From a virus (Duplodnaviria > Heunggongvirae > Uroviricota > Caudoviricetes), in the IMG/VR virus record IMGVR_UViG_2693429774_000011: 40,169 bases of DNA. One strand, 5' to 3'. Shown in pieces: positions 20,982-30,847 of the stretch. Every line of letters starts with the position of its first letter. Positions within the stretch are counted from its first letter, which is position 1. The notes under the pieces are model-generated. The model did not search any database. It was given only the letters and a program-made list of their open reading frames with translations, and was not told where the DNA came from. Both the position numbers and the translations under genes were made by a program.

Positions 20982-21668
20982 TTAGAAGTTCAGATTTTTC
21001 AGTGCATTCAGTGCAGAGCCCACATCCTCAGCGTCGCGCAGGGACAGTGCGCCATAGCCCCCGGCCATGAATGCTTTGGCCTGGGTACGGGAGAGTCCGA
21101 CATCACGCAGGACTCTTTCGATTTTTTTCTGTTCGGGGATTTCCCCGCGGGCCAGCGCGTTCTTGACGTCGCTGATCCGCGCCTCGTCGTTAGACGGAAA
21201 CGTCACCAGACTGACTTCCCAGAGGTCGATTTCTTTCAACAGAAAGGCTTCTTTGCTCCGGTCGTATTCCCAGTCTTTCAGGACGTACCCAATAGAAAGG
21301 CCGGTTAACGAACCGGCCTTCATGTGTGCATGTGCGCGTTTTGCGAGGGGATCATCATCAATGAGCAACCGCCCCCTGACGTAAAGCCCGACATCGTCTT
21401 CCTTCATTTCGGTGTAAACACCGATGGGTTCATCCATGCGGTGCTGCCAGAGCAGCGCAGGTAACGCTTTTCTGTCACTCCACGCCCGCAGGGAAGCAGC
21501 AAATGCCCCGGACATCACCACATCATCGTGGCTGTCCTTTACACCAAAGACGGAGCCATACCCTTCAAACTCACCGGAGTCACTGACAGATTTCAGACTC
21601 AGCGGTACATCAAGACGTTGTTTCGTCTGCATTGGCGTTATCCTTCTGCTTACCGGCTTTACTGCCAT
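20982..21668 (-). CDS. prohead protease (HK97 family)
   Basis: 228 aa between portal and capsid. Confidence 0.8.
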   Translation of the reverse strand: MAVKPVSRRITPMQTKQRLDVPLSLKSVSDSGEFEGYGSVFGVKDSHDDVVMSGAFAASLRAWSDRKALPALLWQHRMDEPIGVYTEMKEDDVGLYVRGRLLIDDDPLAKRAHAHMKAGSLTGLSIGYVLKDWEYDRSKEAFLLKEIDLWEVSLVTFPSNDEARISDVKNALARGEIPEQKKIERVLRDVGLSRTQAKAFMAGGYGALSLRDAEDVGSALNALKNLNF

Positions 21669-22851
21669 CGGAGGGTTTCGTGGTCATGTTCATCGGTGTG
21701 AGATAGACATCCCCACCGGGACGCGGATTCATATCTTCCAGGTCGCGGCAGTCATTGGGAGAGTAAATTCCCCAGTTAATCCCGGTGGCGTAGGCTTCAA
21801 AACGGGACTTCATATCCCCGCGCAGTAACGCCCCGGCGTTAAATTTGGCGTAATAAACGCCCTGCTTACTTTTTCGTACCAGTCCGGTGTTGATCCGCTG
21901 CTCAATGCGGGTCAGATACGGCACCAGTGAATAGTTGATAAATCCGAGCCCCAGCTCTTCGATATTGTTGAAGGTGGCGCGATCGGTGTTCTGCACCATG
22001 TGCAATGGCACACGGAACAGACGACAGATTTCTTCAAGCTGAAACTTGCGGGTTTCCAGGAACTGGCTGTCCTCGGCGTTCAGCGCCATCGACTTCCAGT
22101 CCAGCCCCATCTCAAGGATCATCGGGCGGTGAGCATTACCAAGCCCGGTGTGACGCTCCTCAAAATCTTTCTTCAGACGCTCATAAGCCTGATCCGACAG
22201 CGTCTGCTCTGTACGCAACACACCGGACGTCACCGCACCATTGCTGAACAGTCTGGCCCCGTGCTCTTCGGTCGCAGCTGCCAGCGATATTGCCTCGCGG
22301 GCATAGGCGATGGGATTCAGTCCCACCAGACCGTCCAGCGTCAGCGTGCGCACATGCCAGATATCTTCCTGGCTCAGTACATCCGTGGAGCCGTCCGGGA
22401 ATGTGACCTGGTAAACCGGTTCCCAGCTACTGTTAAGCTTCGGTACCACACAACCTGGGTCGACGGGCAGCAGTTCAGCCACTTCGCCAAATGCTTTCAC
22501 TTTGTAGGCGTAAAAGTTTCCCCGCAGGCACAGACAGGTGACCACCAGCTCCCAGAACTCCTGCGGCGTCATATAGCCATTGGGATGCGTGGAGATCAGC
22601 TTATGCAGACGTTCGCCGGTGGCTCTCTGTTTCAGGCTGCCGTTCAGGTGATACAGGTTGCAGGGCAACATCCCGACCGACTCCGCCAGCACCCTGACGC
22701 AGGAAAAAACCGCCGTCAGTCGCATGGCCCGCTGGCTGCTGATCTGCTTTCCGGTATAGGTGTCATATGACAGCCCGATAGCATCCGCCAGCTCTGCTGG
22801 CGTGGTCACCGGTGCGTCACTTTTTCGTTGAAATAATCCCGAAAAGAACAC
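21610..22851 (-). CDS. portal protein (HK97 family)
   Basis: 413 aa downstream of the large terminase. Confidence 0.85.
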   Translation of the reverse strand: MFFSGLFQRKSDAPVTTPAELADAIGLSYDTYTGKQISSQRAMRLTAVFSCVRVLAESVGMLPCNLYHLNGSLKQRATGERLHKLISTHPNGYMTPQEFWELVVTCLCLRGNFYAYKVKAFGEVAELLPVDPGCVVPKLNSSWEPVYQVTFPDGSTDVLSQEDIWHVRTLTLDGLVGLNPIAYAREAISLAAATEEHGARLFSNGAVTSGVLRTEQTLSDQAYERLKKDFEERHTGLGNAHRPMILEMGLDWKSMALNAEDSQFLETRKFQLEEICRLFRVPLHMVQNTDRATFNNIEELGLGFINYSLVPYLTRIEQRINTGLVRKSKQGVYYAKFNAGALLRGDMKSRFEAYATGINWGIYSPNDCRDLEDMNPRPGGDVYLTPMNMTTKPSDGSKAGKQKDNANADETTS

Positions 22852-23033
22852 TATTTACCTCCGCCGACAGACGGCTGTGTACGGTCGAGATATCGCGCCA
22901 CCAGCCACGACCAGAACAGGCACAGCGCCCCGGCAACAACAAACCCCGCCGGGGGATAAATCAGCCAGGCACCATACGCCAGCAAAAGCGCACCCAGCAC
23001 GCCCACCAGAGGCGCGAGAATCAGCATGATCAT
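22851..23033 (-). CDS. small two-helix membrane protein
   Basis: 60 aa, two hydrophobic helices; stop overlaps the portal ATG. Confidence 0.45.
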   Translation of the reverse strand: MIMLILAPLVGVLGALLLAYGAWLIYPPAGFVVAGALCLFWSWLVARYLDRTQPSVGGGK

Positions 23034-23044
23034 AATTACCTCAG

Positions 23045-24778
23045 TTAAAGCGAGCGGATCCCGTAGGACTCAATGTGATCAGACAGCGTGTCTTCTTTCT
23101 CGTACAGCATGGCTCTGCCAACCGCCATAATCAGCGCAACTGCACCATCAATTTTGTTTTCCGCCTGCTCCTTGACGGGCTTCACCACATCATCGTTACC
23201 CGGAATGGTTTTGCCGACCACGTTGCCGATACACCAGGTCATGATGGGATTGCCGTCATGATGAAAGCGCCCCGATTCAATCGCCGCTTCCAGCTCTTTC
23301 ATCGGATCGGACATGTTGGTGTAGTTCTGAATGATGGTGACGGGGTTCAGGTCTTCATCAGCAAGGTCATGTGACAGCCCGGTCGCCCCGAAGGGGTCGA
23401 TGGGTGACTCACTGACCGGGCTGATTTTGTTCGCCGCTTTGGCCTCTTCGAGGATGTAGCGATAATCCACCTCCGCACCATCGGTAACGGTCAGAACGCC
23501 CATTTCCACCCATTTCTGAAAGCGTTCGGCTGTCCGGCGATCTTCATTTTTCTCGACGCTGTACACCGTGTCATACGGTACCCAGAAACGCGGGGCCACA
23601 CTGTAGTAATGCGTTTTACCGTCAATCTCGCGGGTATAAAGTCGCGCCATGCTGTTCATATCCAGCTTACGCGCCAGGTCAAAGGCCAGAATGCACGGCT
23701 GCCCCTCGAACTGCTCAAGGGTCAGTGATTTATCCTCGCAGCTCTGCCAGCTCACCAGGTTGAAATACGCCGAACGCGCCGACACCCAGATATTGAGGTG
23801 TTTTGTTTTAAAGACGTTTGCCAGACGGGCGTTATTTTTCGCACGCTGCTGCTGACTTAACAAAAATTCGCGATAAACCGACACGCCAATATTTGGATTG
23901 GCTTTTTCCAGCACCTGCGGGTCGGTCCAGTCGTCACCTTCATCAACGGTATAGATGATCCCGAACAGTTCATCGTTTGGCACCGAGCCGTTGAGCATCT
24001 CGATGACTTCCCGCCGTTTGTCGTAGCACGGCCCCTCAATGTTGTACCCGGCGGTGGTAATGGCCCACATCAGTGGCTGGCGTCGCGCCCCCATCCCGGT
24101 AAGCATCGTGGTGTAAAGCGCATCTGTGGCGTGCTCGTGATATTCATCCACCACGGCACAGTGGGGTGATGAACCATCACCGGGGTTACCGATCAGCGGT
24201 TCAAACCGCGCACCATCCTCCGGACGGTTCATGTTTGAGGCGTTAACCTCAATCCCGAACGCTTCCGTCAGCATGGGTGTGCGTTTACACATCAGTCGTG
24301 CCGGACGAAAGACTTCCCACGCCTGTTTCTCCGTCGTGGCACCGGAATACACTTCCGCGCCGAACTCGTTATCACAGGCAAAACAATACAGGGCAACACC
24401 GGCAGAGATTGCCGATTTGCCGTTCTTACGGGGAATTTCGGTATACACCTCCCGGAAGCGGCGCAACCGGGTGCCTTTATTGACCCAGCCAAACGCACAG
24501 CAGATCACAAATAGCTGCCACGGCTCCAGCGTGATGGGCATCCGTTTAAATGCCCACTCACCCTTGGTGTGCGGCAACAGCTGAATAAATTTGGCGGCCC
24601 GTTCAGCCAGGTCCTTGTCGAAGCGGTAACGAAACGACTTACTTTTTTCCGCCATCAGGTCATCAAGATGGCGCTGGCAGGCCTGAATCACAAACTGGCA
24701 GGCAATAATCTTTCCGCGCACGACATCCCGGGCATACTGATTTGCAGCATTTACGTTGGGGTAAGATTTCCGGCTCAT
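23045..24778 (-). CDS. terminase large subunit
   Basis: 577 aa, ATPase and nuclease halves, upstream of portal. Confidence 0.9.
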   Translation of the reverse strand: MSRKSYPNVNAANQYARDVVRGKIIACQFVIQACQRHLDDLMAEKSKSFRYRFDKDLAERAAKFIQLLPHTKGEWAFKRMPITLEPWQLFVICCAFGWVNKGTRLRRFREVYTEIPRKNGKSAISAGVALYCFACDNEFGAEVYSGATTEKQAWEVFRPARLMCKRTPMLTEAFGIEVNASNMNRPEDGARFEPLIGNPGDGSSPHCAVVDEYHEHATDALYTTMLTGMGARRQPLMWAITTAGYNIEGPCYDKRREVIEMLNGSVPNDELFGIIYTVDEGDDWTDPQVLEKANPNIGVSVYREFLLSQQQRAKNNARLANVFKTKHLNIWVSARSAYFNLVSWQSCEDKSLTLEQFEGQPCILAFDLARKLDMNSMARLYTREIDGKTHYYSVAPRFWVPYDTVYSVEKNEDRRTAERFQKWVEMGVLTVTDGAEVDYRYILEEAKAANKISPVSESPIDPFGATGLSHDLADEDLNPVTIIQNYTNMSDPMKELEAAIESGRFHHDGNPIMTWCIGNVVGKTIPGNDDVVKPVKEQAENKIDGAVALIMAVGRAMLYEKEDTLSDHIESYGIRSL

Positions 24779-25278
24779 GATTCGATAATTTTCAGAAACG
24801 GGTTAGTGGCTTTCTTCTTCCCCGCCAGGCCAATCAGACGCTGGCGGCTGCTGGGGTCGAGTCCGAGCATTGCCCCCGTACTGCTCATCTCGGACTCCTG
24901 TTCTTTTTTGGCGGTCAGCTCCGGATTTTTGACCATACCGCCCATTGCACCGGTGATGGTGTTGCCCTGTCTGGCAATATTTTTCACGGCACGTCGCCAG
25001 AACTCGTAGGCCACGCACCACCGCTCAAGCACCGCGAGGTCAGTCACGCACAGCAGGCCCTGACCGCAGAGTTCTTTGGTTGTCAGTTGCCACATGATCG
25101 TGGCGAGAGGGAGATCTTCTTCAGCGAACCACTCCGGTGGCTCAACACCTTTGATGGGCGTAAAAACAGGTTCATCTTTATTCAGGGCTCGCTTGCCGGG
25201 GTTTCCGGCCAGCGCCTTGCGCGCCGTTGGCTTGGGGCGACGCCCGGAACGCCCCGCCGTTCCAGCCATATGCGGCAC
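24775..25278 (-). CDS. terminase small subunit (P27-like)
   Basis: 167 aa, basic N-terminus, overlaps the large-subunit start. Confidence 0.8.
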   Translation of the reverse strand: MPHMAGTAGRSGRRPKPTARKALAGNPGKRALNKDEPVFTPIKGVEPPEWFAEEDLPLATIMWQLTTKELCGQGLLCVTDLAVLERWCVAYEFWRRAVKNIARQGNTITGAMGGMVKNPELTAKKEQESEMSSTGAMLGLDPSSRQRLIGLAGKKKATNPFLKIIES

Positions 25279-25394
25279 TCCTGGTTAAATTTCATTTTTC
25301 GCGGGTATAAAAAAACGATGGGGCGGGCAGTCCGGAAGACGTCAGGTCACAGGGATTTGACCCGCCCCTCCCCTCTGGCAGTAGGAACTGGTTC

Positions 25395-25745
25395 TTACTT
25401 CAACCGTTCACGGGCCGTCTTCGCCTTATGACACGGCCAGCACAGGCTCTGCAGATTGCTGTCGGCATCAGTGCCGCCATGCGCTTTAGGGATGATGTGG
25501 TCAACGGTTTTCGCCTCGCGCACCACACCGGCACGCAAACACAACTGACACAGGCCTTTGTCACGCTTCAGTACACGCCCCCGGATAACATCCCATTTCG
25601 AACCATAACCGCGCTGGTGTCGGGACTGGCCTGGCTTGTATTGCTTCCAGCCTTTGCTTTTGTGGCTTTCGCAATAGCCTGACGGGTCAGTCGTGGTATG
25701 GCGGCAGCCGCGAACGCGGCAGGCTTTTGGGGTTCGTGGAGGCAT
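25395..25745 (-). CDS. HNH endonuclease (packaging-associated)
   Basis: 116 aa with CxxC...HxxxH...CxxCH zinc/HNH motifs, immediately upstream of the terminase genes. Confidence 0.8.
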   Translation of the reverse strand: MPPRTPKACRVRGCRHTTTDPSGYCESHKSKGWKQYKPGQSRHQRGYGSKWDVIRGRVLKRDKGLCQLCLRAGVVREAKTVDHIIPKAHGGTDADSNLQSLCWPCHKAKTARERLK

Positions 25746-25872
25746 CTATTATCCCTGTAGTTTTCGTTAAATATCTAACCATAACTGCAATCAAAAACCG
25801 CTTTAACACGGTTTGTTAAATAGACTTTTCAATCCAATGAACAAACGGCAAATAAATACCAATCGTTAATTT

Positions 25873-26328
25873 TCATTTGAATACAAACGGTTCTGAAAGA
25901 ATATTATGACAAATACATTTCGCCTGAATGCTATTATCTCTCATTCTAATATATTCTTTGTGGGCAACAGATAAAGAACGACAACCGCTGTTTACACTTG
26001 GGTATTTTTCCAACATATGCTCGCATATCAAAAAAGCATTATTAATAGCATTTAATTTATGGCTTAACTCTCGTAGCTCGGCTCTTTTTTCAATACGAAC
26101 ATTACGACTAAGAGATAAAGGTAGCTGTGATAATGCATTTGAATAATCAGCCACTGCCATTTTCAGAGCCATTTTGGCCTTCAGAGCCTCCTGTCGCCGC
26201 CAAACATTCATTGCCCAAAAACCTAATATAACAGTTAAAATTGAACCTAAAGCCGATACAACTGAACCTAAAGCCGATACAGCAGACCACTCTGTTCCCG
26301 AATGCCAGTTAAGTAACGTATGCCACAT
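25873..26328 (-). CDS. membrane-anchored protein, function unknown (AT-rich cargo)
   Basis: 151 aa from ATG with GGAGGT RBS; one N-terminal TM helix then a helical soluble domain. Confidence 0.55.
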   Translation of the reverse strand: MWHTLLNWHSGTEWSAVSALGSVVSALGSILTVILGFWAMNVWRRQEALKAKMALKMAVADYSNALSQLPLSLSRNVRIEKRAELRELSHKLNAINNAFLICEHMLEKYPSVNSGCRSLSVAHKEYIRMRDNSIQAKCICHNILSEPFVFK

Positions 26329-26661
26329 AATAACCTCCACTTAATGAAAAGGTTATTTTATCGTAACTAAGCACCACAGGCACTATCTAAAGATTAGATG
26401 CCCTACCAGTTGTACCATCGATAATCCGCACAAAAATGATACGTAATGAACCAACTGATAACTAACTCTGCTATGCACATTTTTAATCATCAACAAACGA
26501 TTTGTATTAACTTCCTCTCTCATACTAGCCCAAAAGGTTGGGCTAATAATTAATCACGATACATATTCTATGTGATGACATACTTTATGTAAGCTTTTAC
26601 ATTACACTATAGAAGCTGGAGCACCTAAACTTTATGCATCATATCTTTATAATAAATAACA

Positions 26662-26940
26662 TCACTCTGGATATTTATACTTTGAATGCAAAATAGCGCG
26701 CCGTGATTCAATATTTCTGATTCCGGTTTTATCAAAATTACATTGTCCTAACGCTGACAACAGAGCCACATTCAACTCCAGACTAGCACCATATGTCAGT
26801 GAACTGGGTATAATTGGAATCGGTGTTTCAGAAGTCAGGCTGGCTGGCAGTGGTGCCGCCGGAATGTTCACGTAAATTGTCCGCGTACTTCCGCAACCGG
26901 TCAGCAGCGGTAGCAGGCACAGGACGTGAAGCGCAATCAT
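26662..26940 (-). CDS. o-spanin (Rz1-like lipoprotein), start embedded in Rz
   Basis: +1 frame within and beyond Rz; lipobox LLTGC. Confidence 0.6.
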   Translation of the reverse strand: MIALHVLCLLPLLTGCGSTRTIYVNIPAAPLPASLTSETPIPIIPSSLTYGASLELNVALLSALGQCNFDKTGIRNIESRRAILHSKYKYPE

Positions 26941-27220
26941 CACTCGCAACAGCCACTTTGATATATTCCTGGGTTCTCTGTGACTCCAGTGCGATCTGCT
27001 GTTTTGCATGTTGATTCGCCTCCTGAATGATGTTCGTTATTGCCATAGTACGCAGAACATTCGCGGTGATAGCCTCAGTAGAATCAGCTCTCTGTTCCGC
27101 AGCGTCAGCACGCTTCTGCTCCTCCAGAAACTTTCCATGATAGTGATTCGCTGACCAGACAAGACCACCAGCAACACAAGCAATAAACGTTAAAATGAGC
27201 GCCCAATAACTCATCTTCAT
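26828..27220 (-). CDS. i-spanin (Rz-like)
   Basis: 130 aa, N-terminal TM helix then coiled-coil periplasmic domain, downstream of endolysin. Confidence 0.8.
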   Translation of the reverse strand: MKMSYWALILTFIACVAGGLVWSANHYHGKFLEEQKRADAAEQRADSTEAITANVLRTMAITNIIQEANQHAKQQIALESQRTQEYIKVAVASDDCASRPVPATAADRLRKYADNLREHSGGTTASQPDF

Positions 27221-27831
27221 ACCAGCAGCGCCGCCCGCGCCTTGTTGTATCGGACCTTACGATCCTCAATACCGTTCAGACCGCCGTTAATGATGCGCGT
27301 AACACGGTTAATATCGGCACCGTAGATCATGCAGCCTTTAGAGGTGTAGAACCATGCAGCTGAGCGCGCCGCCTGTAGCTCCTGTTCCAGTTGTTCAGGT
27401 GAAGTCACCAGATCTAACTTCAGCGCCGCACCACAGATGCGATAATTATGGAGGCCAGTGATTTGAATTAATCCTCTACCACGATATTTCCAGCCATCAC
27501 CGGGGGCTTTGTTACCCAGTCGGTTGCTATACACCAGATTGGCAATAGCATCCTGACGAGCTGCATGTCCGGATGTTCTGCCAAGGGCATCAGCCTGCTG
27601 CTGTGTGATCCTCTTTCCGAACGTCGCCACCAGCGCAGATGGTGTGTAGTTAAAATTTTCAACTACGGCGCTAAACCCCATCGACTCATGGCCTACCTGA
27701 GCGATAAACATTGCCTGATCCGCGGGTACTGTAATGCCGAATTCCTTCATCGCCGCATCAATGTGCGGAAACCAGCGCGCAGCCAGCCCGGCACTAATAC
27801 CAGCCGCCTTTTGAAATAATTGTTGGTTCAT
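27217..27831 (-). CDS. endolysin (glycoside hydrolase family 19-like)
   Basis: 204 aa, lysis-cassette position. Confidence 0.8.
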   Translation of the reverse strand: MNQQLFQKAAGISAGLAARWFPHIDAAMKEFGITVPADQAMFIAQVGHESMGFSAVVENFNYTPSALVATFGKRITQQQADALGRTSGHAARQDAIANLVYSNRLGNKAPGDGWKYRGRGLIQITGLHNYRICGAALKLDLVTSPEQLEQELQAARSAAWFYTSKGCMIYGADINRVTRIINGGLNGIEDRKVRYNKARAALLV

Positions 27832-28112
27832 TAGTGCCTCAGATGATCAACCAAACGTGCAACGTTGCCTCTGACGGCCACCAGCACGGAAAGAAAAATA
27901 GTATTCGCCACGATAATGAGCCATGAGGAGTGAGGATAAATCCCACAGAGATAGGCCAACGGAACAGCACTGTATGTAACAGTAATCAGCCAGGCTAAAC
28001 GTGAAACCCAAGGACGATGCCGCGAATCACCACGACGATAAAACATCAGAGTAATAACAACACAAGCACATAACAGCGCATTAATAGTTGCTGTCGGGTC
28101 ATTTAGCTCCAC
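27831..28112 (-). CDS. holin-like membrane protein (holin or antiholin)
   Basis: 93 aa, 2-3 TM helices, directly upstream of the endolysin. Confidence 0.6.
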   Translation of the reverse strand: MELNDPTATINALLCACVVITLMFYRRGDSRHRPWVSRLAWLITVTYSAVPLAYLCGIYPHSSWLIIVANTIFLSVLVAVRGNVARLVDHLRH

Positions 28113-28485
28113 CTGAACCTCCCCGGCGCGTTATGAGCGCCACCAGCGAGCCGATATCCTGATTATTCAGGAACGTCAGGATTTTAACGGCTAAAGCAGA
28201 GACGATTACGGCACCAATAGCATCCAGAGGTTTATCACTGTATCCGGTCAAGTTTGCCAGCTTGGAGCCAACCAACCCAGAGCAAAGGATCCCAGCAATA
28301 TATGACACGATAAAATATGCCAGTCGACGCGATGCACTCAGATCTGCTGCTGTTGCTATATAGAATACAGCCCCTGCAAATGCGCCAAATACAACGCCGT
28401 AATCAGTTCCGGTCAGCAGTCCATAAATACTAGCGCCCGTTAGGGCTCCACCAGCTAACCCTGTGCCGGAAATCGGATCGGACAT
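28099..28485 (-). CDS. holin-like membrane protein
   Basis: 128 aa from ATG with GAGGTG RBS; Gly/Ala-rich TM helices and charged C-terminus. Confidence 0.6.
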   Translation of the reverse strand: MSDPISGTGLAGGALTGASIYGLLTGTDYGVVFGAFAGAVFYIATAADLSASRRLAYFIVSYIAGILCSGLVGSKLANLTGYSDKPLDAIGAVIVSALAVKILTFLNNQDIGSLVALITRRGGSGGAK

Positions 28486-28593
28486 TAGCCACCTCTTATT
28501 GCAGTGAGTCCTCTCAGAAATAGAAATGAGAGGAATAAAAAAGGCCACCATTTGGCAGCCATAGAATTGATGTAATTATAACTAATTCATTAA

Positions 28594-29400
28594 CTATTTC
28601 TTAATGATGCTATTTAACATTTCTAATGCAAAAAGCAACATGGAGCTAATAAAATATAATATAACCGCACTGGCAATCGCTCCAATTATAGCCTGGACAC
28701 TCCAGTGAAAGTAATTTTTACCATTAATAACAAACTTAACACTAGGAAACAAAAAGTCGATAAGCTTAATTATTAATGGAATAGCAAAGCTCCATAAGTT
28801 CGAAAACAAAATAAAGATACAAATAAATGATAAAGCAAATGCACCATCGATTGATAGTTTTGGCGCCAGTTTTGAGGCTGTCCATAAGCTAAGCAAAAAG
28901 CCAACTGTCACACCTGAAATCTGGATACTTAACATAGTCCAAGCTGTTCTAAAAAATCTAAATTTATTTTTGCACTTGTTAAGTAAATCCTGAATCGTAA
29001 TCCATAACGAGTCAACCCACTCATTATCTTCCGATGCTACAATCATTGTGCTGCTATTTGAATTCCTCTCATCAATTCGTAGCTCCATCCAAGATCCATT
29101 CATCCTGTTAGACTGTCGACTTTGATAAGTTTCAATAGTAAAAATTATTTGATCAATCCTAGTGGCCTGTCTAAAGTATTTCACAAGCTCACCGATAGAA
29201 TCAACTTTATATCCCTTACCATCGAACAAAATAAAAAAAACACATTGAGCACAAACTTCCCTACTTTCCTTTTGAGCTTGCTCATTCATTTTAACGCAGC
29301 GTTCGACAATTGCCGTGCTTAAGCTAATCAAGCTATCTTCATTTATAGAAACACCTGAAATATTCTTGCTTCTGTAAAAATATGACACTTTCGATTCCAC
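28594..29400 (-). CDS. cargo protein: soluble N-terminal domain + C-terminal multi-TM domain, function unknown
   Basis: 268 aa, very AT-rich, between tR' and the holin genes; about 4 TM helices in the last 110 aa. Confidence 0.6.
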   Translation of the reverse strand: MESKVSYFYRSKNISGVSINEDSLISLSTAIVERCVKMNEQAQKESREVCAQCVFFILFDGKGYKVDSIGELVKYFRQATRIDQIIFTIETYQSRQSNRMNGSWMELRIDERNSNSSTMIVASEDNEWVDSLWITIQDLLNKCKNKFRFFRTAWTMLSIQISGVTVGFLLSLWTASKLAPKLSIDGAFALSFICIFILFSNLWSFAIPLIIKLIDFLFPSVKFVINGKNYFHWSVQAIIGAIASAVILYFISSMLLFALEMLNSIIKK

Positions 29401-29597
29401 TCCGCACCAGTCTCGATTTAGCGCAGGTTAACATAACCACTTCATTGGTAGAAGAAAAGAACTCTTCTTGTCAGAAAGCTACTGTGATATCCCTAAACCT
29501 GCAGATGATACAGAACAAAATTTAAGCATCAATTGTAGGCGATTTTAAATTCACTTTACAGTTTAGGCTGCCAATTGGCAGCCGATTGAAGCAGAAA

Positions 29598-29867
29598 TCA
29601 ATGAGTGCTCATCGATGAATTTTTTTCAGCGCCAATCTCACTCAAAAAAGCAAAACCTTTTGACGTTATCTCATTAGCAATCAATCCACCTTCGGCAGAT
29701 TTGCTTCGTATAACATCGATAAAACCTATATCAGCAAGATCTGAAATAGCAAAATTAACCTCTTTTGCTGAGAGATGAGGTAATGATGCAGCCTGAATTC
29801 TAGAATCCTTTGGCTGCAATTCATTCACTCGACGTAGTATTTCAAGATGGATAGAGGTCAGTTTCAT
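29598..29867 (-). CDS. small cargo protein, function unknown
   Basis: 89 aa, AT-rich, first ORF after the tR'-like terminator. Confidence 0.5.
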   Translation of the reverse strand: MKLTSIHLEILRRVNELQPKDSRIQAASLPHLSAKEVNFAISDLADIGFIDVIRSKSAEGGLIANEITSKGFAFLSEIGAEKNSSMSTH

Positions 29868-29950
29868 AATGTTCTCCTGTTTTTAATGTTGTTTTACAGA
29901 AAACATTATAACACATTGATTTTGATGTAGATTGAATAGAAAAAAACCAT

Positions 29951-29976
29951 AAAAAAACCTCGCAATAGCGAGGTCG
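29951..29976 (-). terminator. intrinsic terminator downstream of Q (tR'-like)
   Basis: minus strand CCTCGC-TATT-GCGAGG followed by 7 T, about 110 bp downstream of the Q stop. Confidence 0.6.
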
Positions 29977-30081
29977 TAAAAATCGTTCAACGATAGATAC
30001 ACAAGCCCCATCGTTGAGAAAATCTTATCCATATTTTTTGAGAAACACAAGCATTATGTCGTTATCTTCGGCGAAAATCGC

Positions 30082-30834
30082 TTATCTCGTCACCCTTCTC
30101 AATTGTGCTTCAGCGTAAGCTTCCTCCTGCCAGCACTTTGTAACCAGTTTATCAATGACATCTGCATATCCTTTGTACCACTGATAATCCGTCAGGTCTG
30201 GTACCAGCTTCTGGACATGAAGCCGCGCCAGTGTGGTTGGTAAACGGCTAAACCGGTTTCCATTGCAACGCCCACAAATCTTATAAACAGGCGTGCCATG
30301 AAGCCGGGTTCTTTTTTCATCCAGGACAATACCTTTACCCTTACACCCTCTGCACGCTGTGCTGACTTCTCCCTTACCATGACAATGCTGACATAGTTCC
30401 TTCACCCACTCTTCCTTGATAACAGACTCCCCGCTTCTGGAGTGTTTCACCACTTCGCGCAATACATTATGAAATCCAGTACCAGCACAATGCTCACAGC
30501 GAGCCTTACTTGCCGCAGACCTAGAATAATCAGCAAAGGCAAAATTCACAAGGTAAGGAATGATCTGTAGCCGGGTTTCTTCACTCAATTTGTTCAATGT
30601 CGGGTTATCCAGTGCCATCGCGTAATTGAGCAGACCTTCAATCGCAAACTGAGGATCCTGAACACCAACTTTTGCCAGGAATAAGGCAAACCCAAGCGGT
30701 GCTTTCGACTGCACCATCCCCTGCGCAGCCATCACATCTGTAATTGTTAAACCACCCGAGCCTGTCGCCGGTGCGTCATCACTCAATTTTGGAGATTTTG
30801 GGGAGTAATATTTTGGTAAGGCTTCAAGGTTCAT
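30082..30834 (-). CDS. late-gene antitermination protein Q-like (zinc-binding)
   Basis: 250 aa from ATG with GGAGAA RBS; CxxC zinc motifs; sits between nin-like genes and a terminator / lysis cassette. Confidence 0.6.
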   Translation of the reverse strand: MNLEALPKYYSPKSPKLSDDAPATGSGGLTITDVMAAQGMVQSKAPLGFALFLAKVGVQDPQFAIEGLLNYAMALDNPTLNKLSEETRLQIIPYLVNFAFADYSRSAASKARCEHCAGTGFHNVLREVVKHSRSGESVIKEEWVKELCQHCHGKGEVSTACRGCKGKGIVLDEKRTRLHGTPVYKICGRCNGNRFSRLPTTLARLHVQKLVPDLTDYQWYKGYADVIDKLVTKCWQEEAYAEAQLRRVTR

Positions 30835-30847
30835 GCTCGTTCTCCAC

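Noticed and set aside
22000-22770. 256-aa plus-strand ORF (and similar long antisense ORFs such as 11622-12119, 9434-9892, 18445-18942, 19159-19599, 14203-14610)
   Set aside because: All lie antisense within well-supported GC-rich structural genes, lack RBS, and give low-complexity Arg/His/Pro-rich translations.
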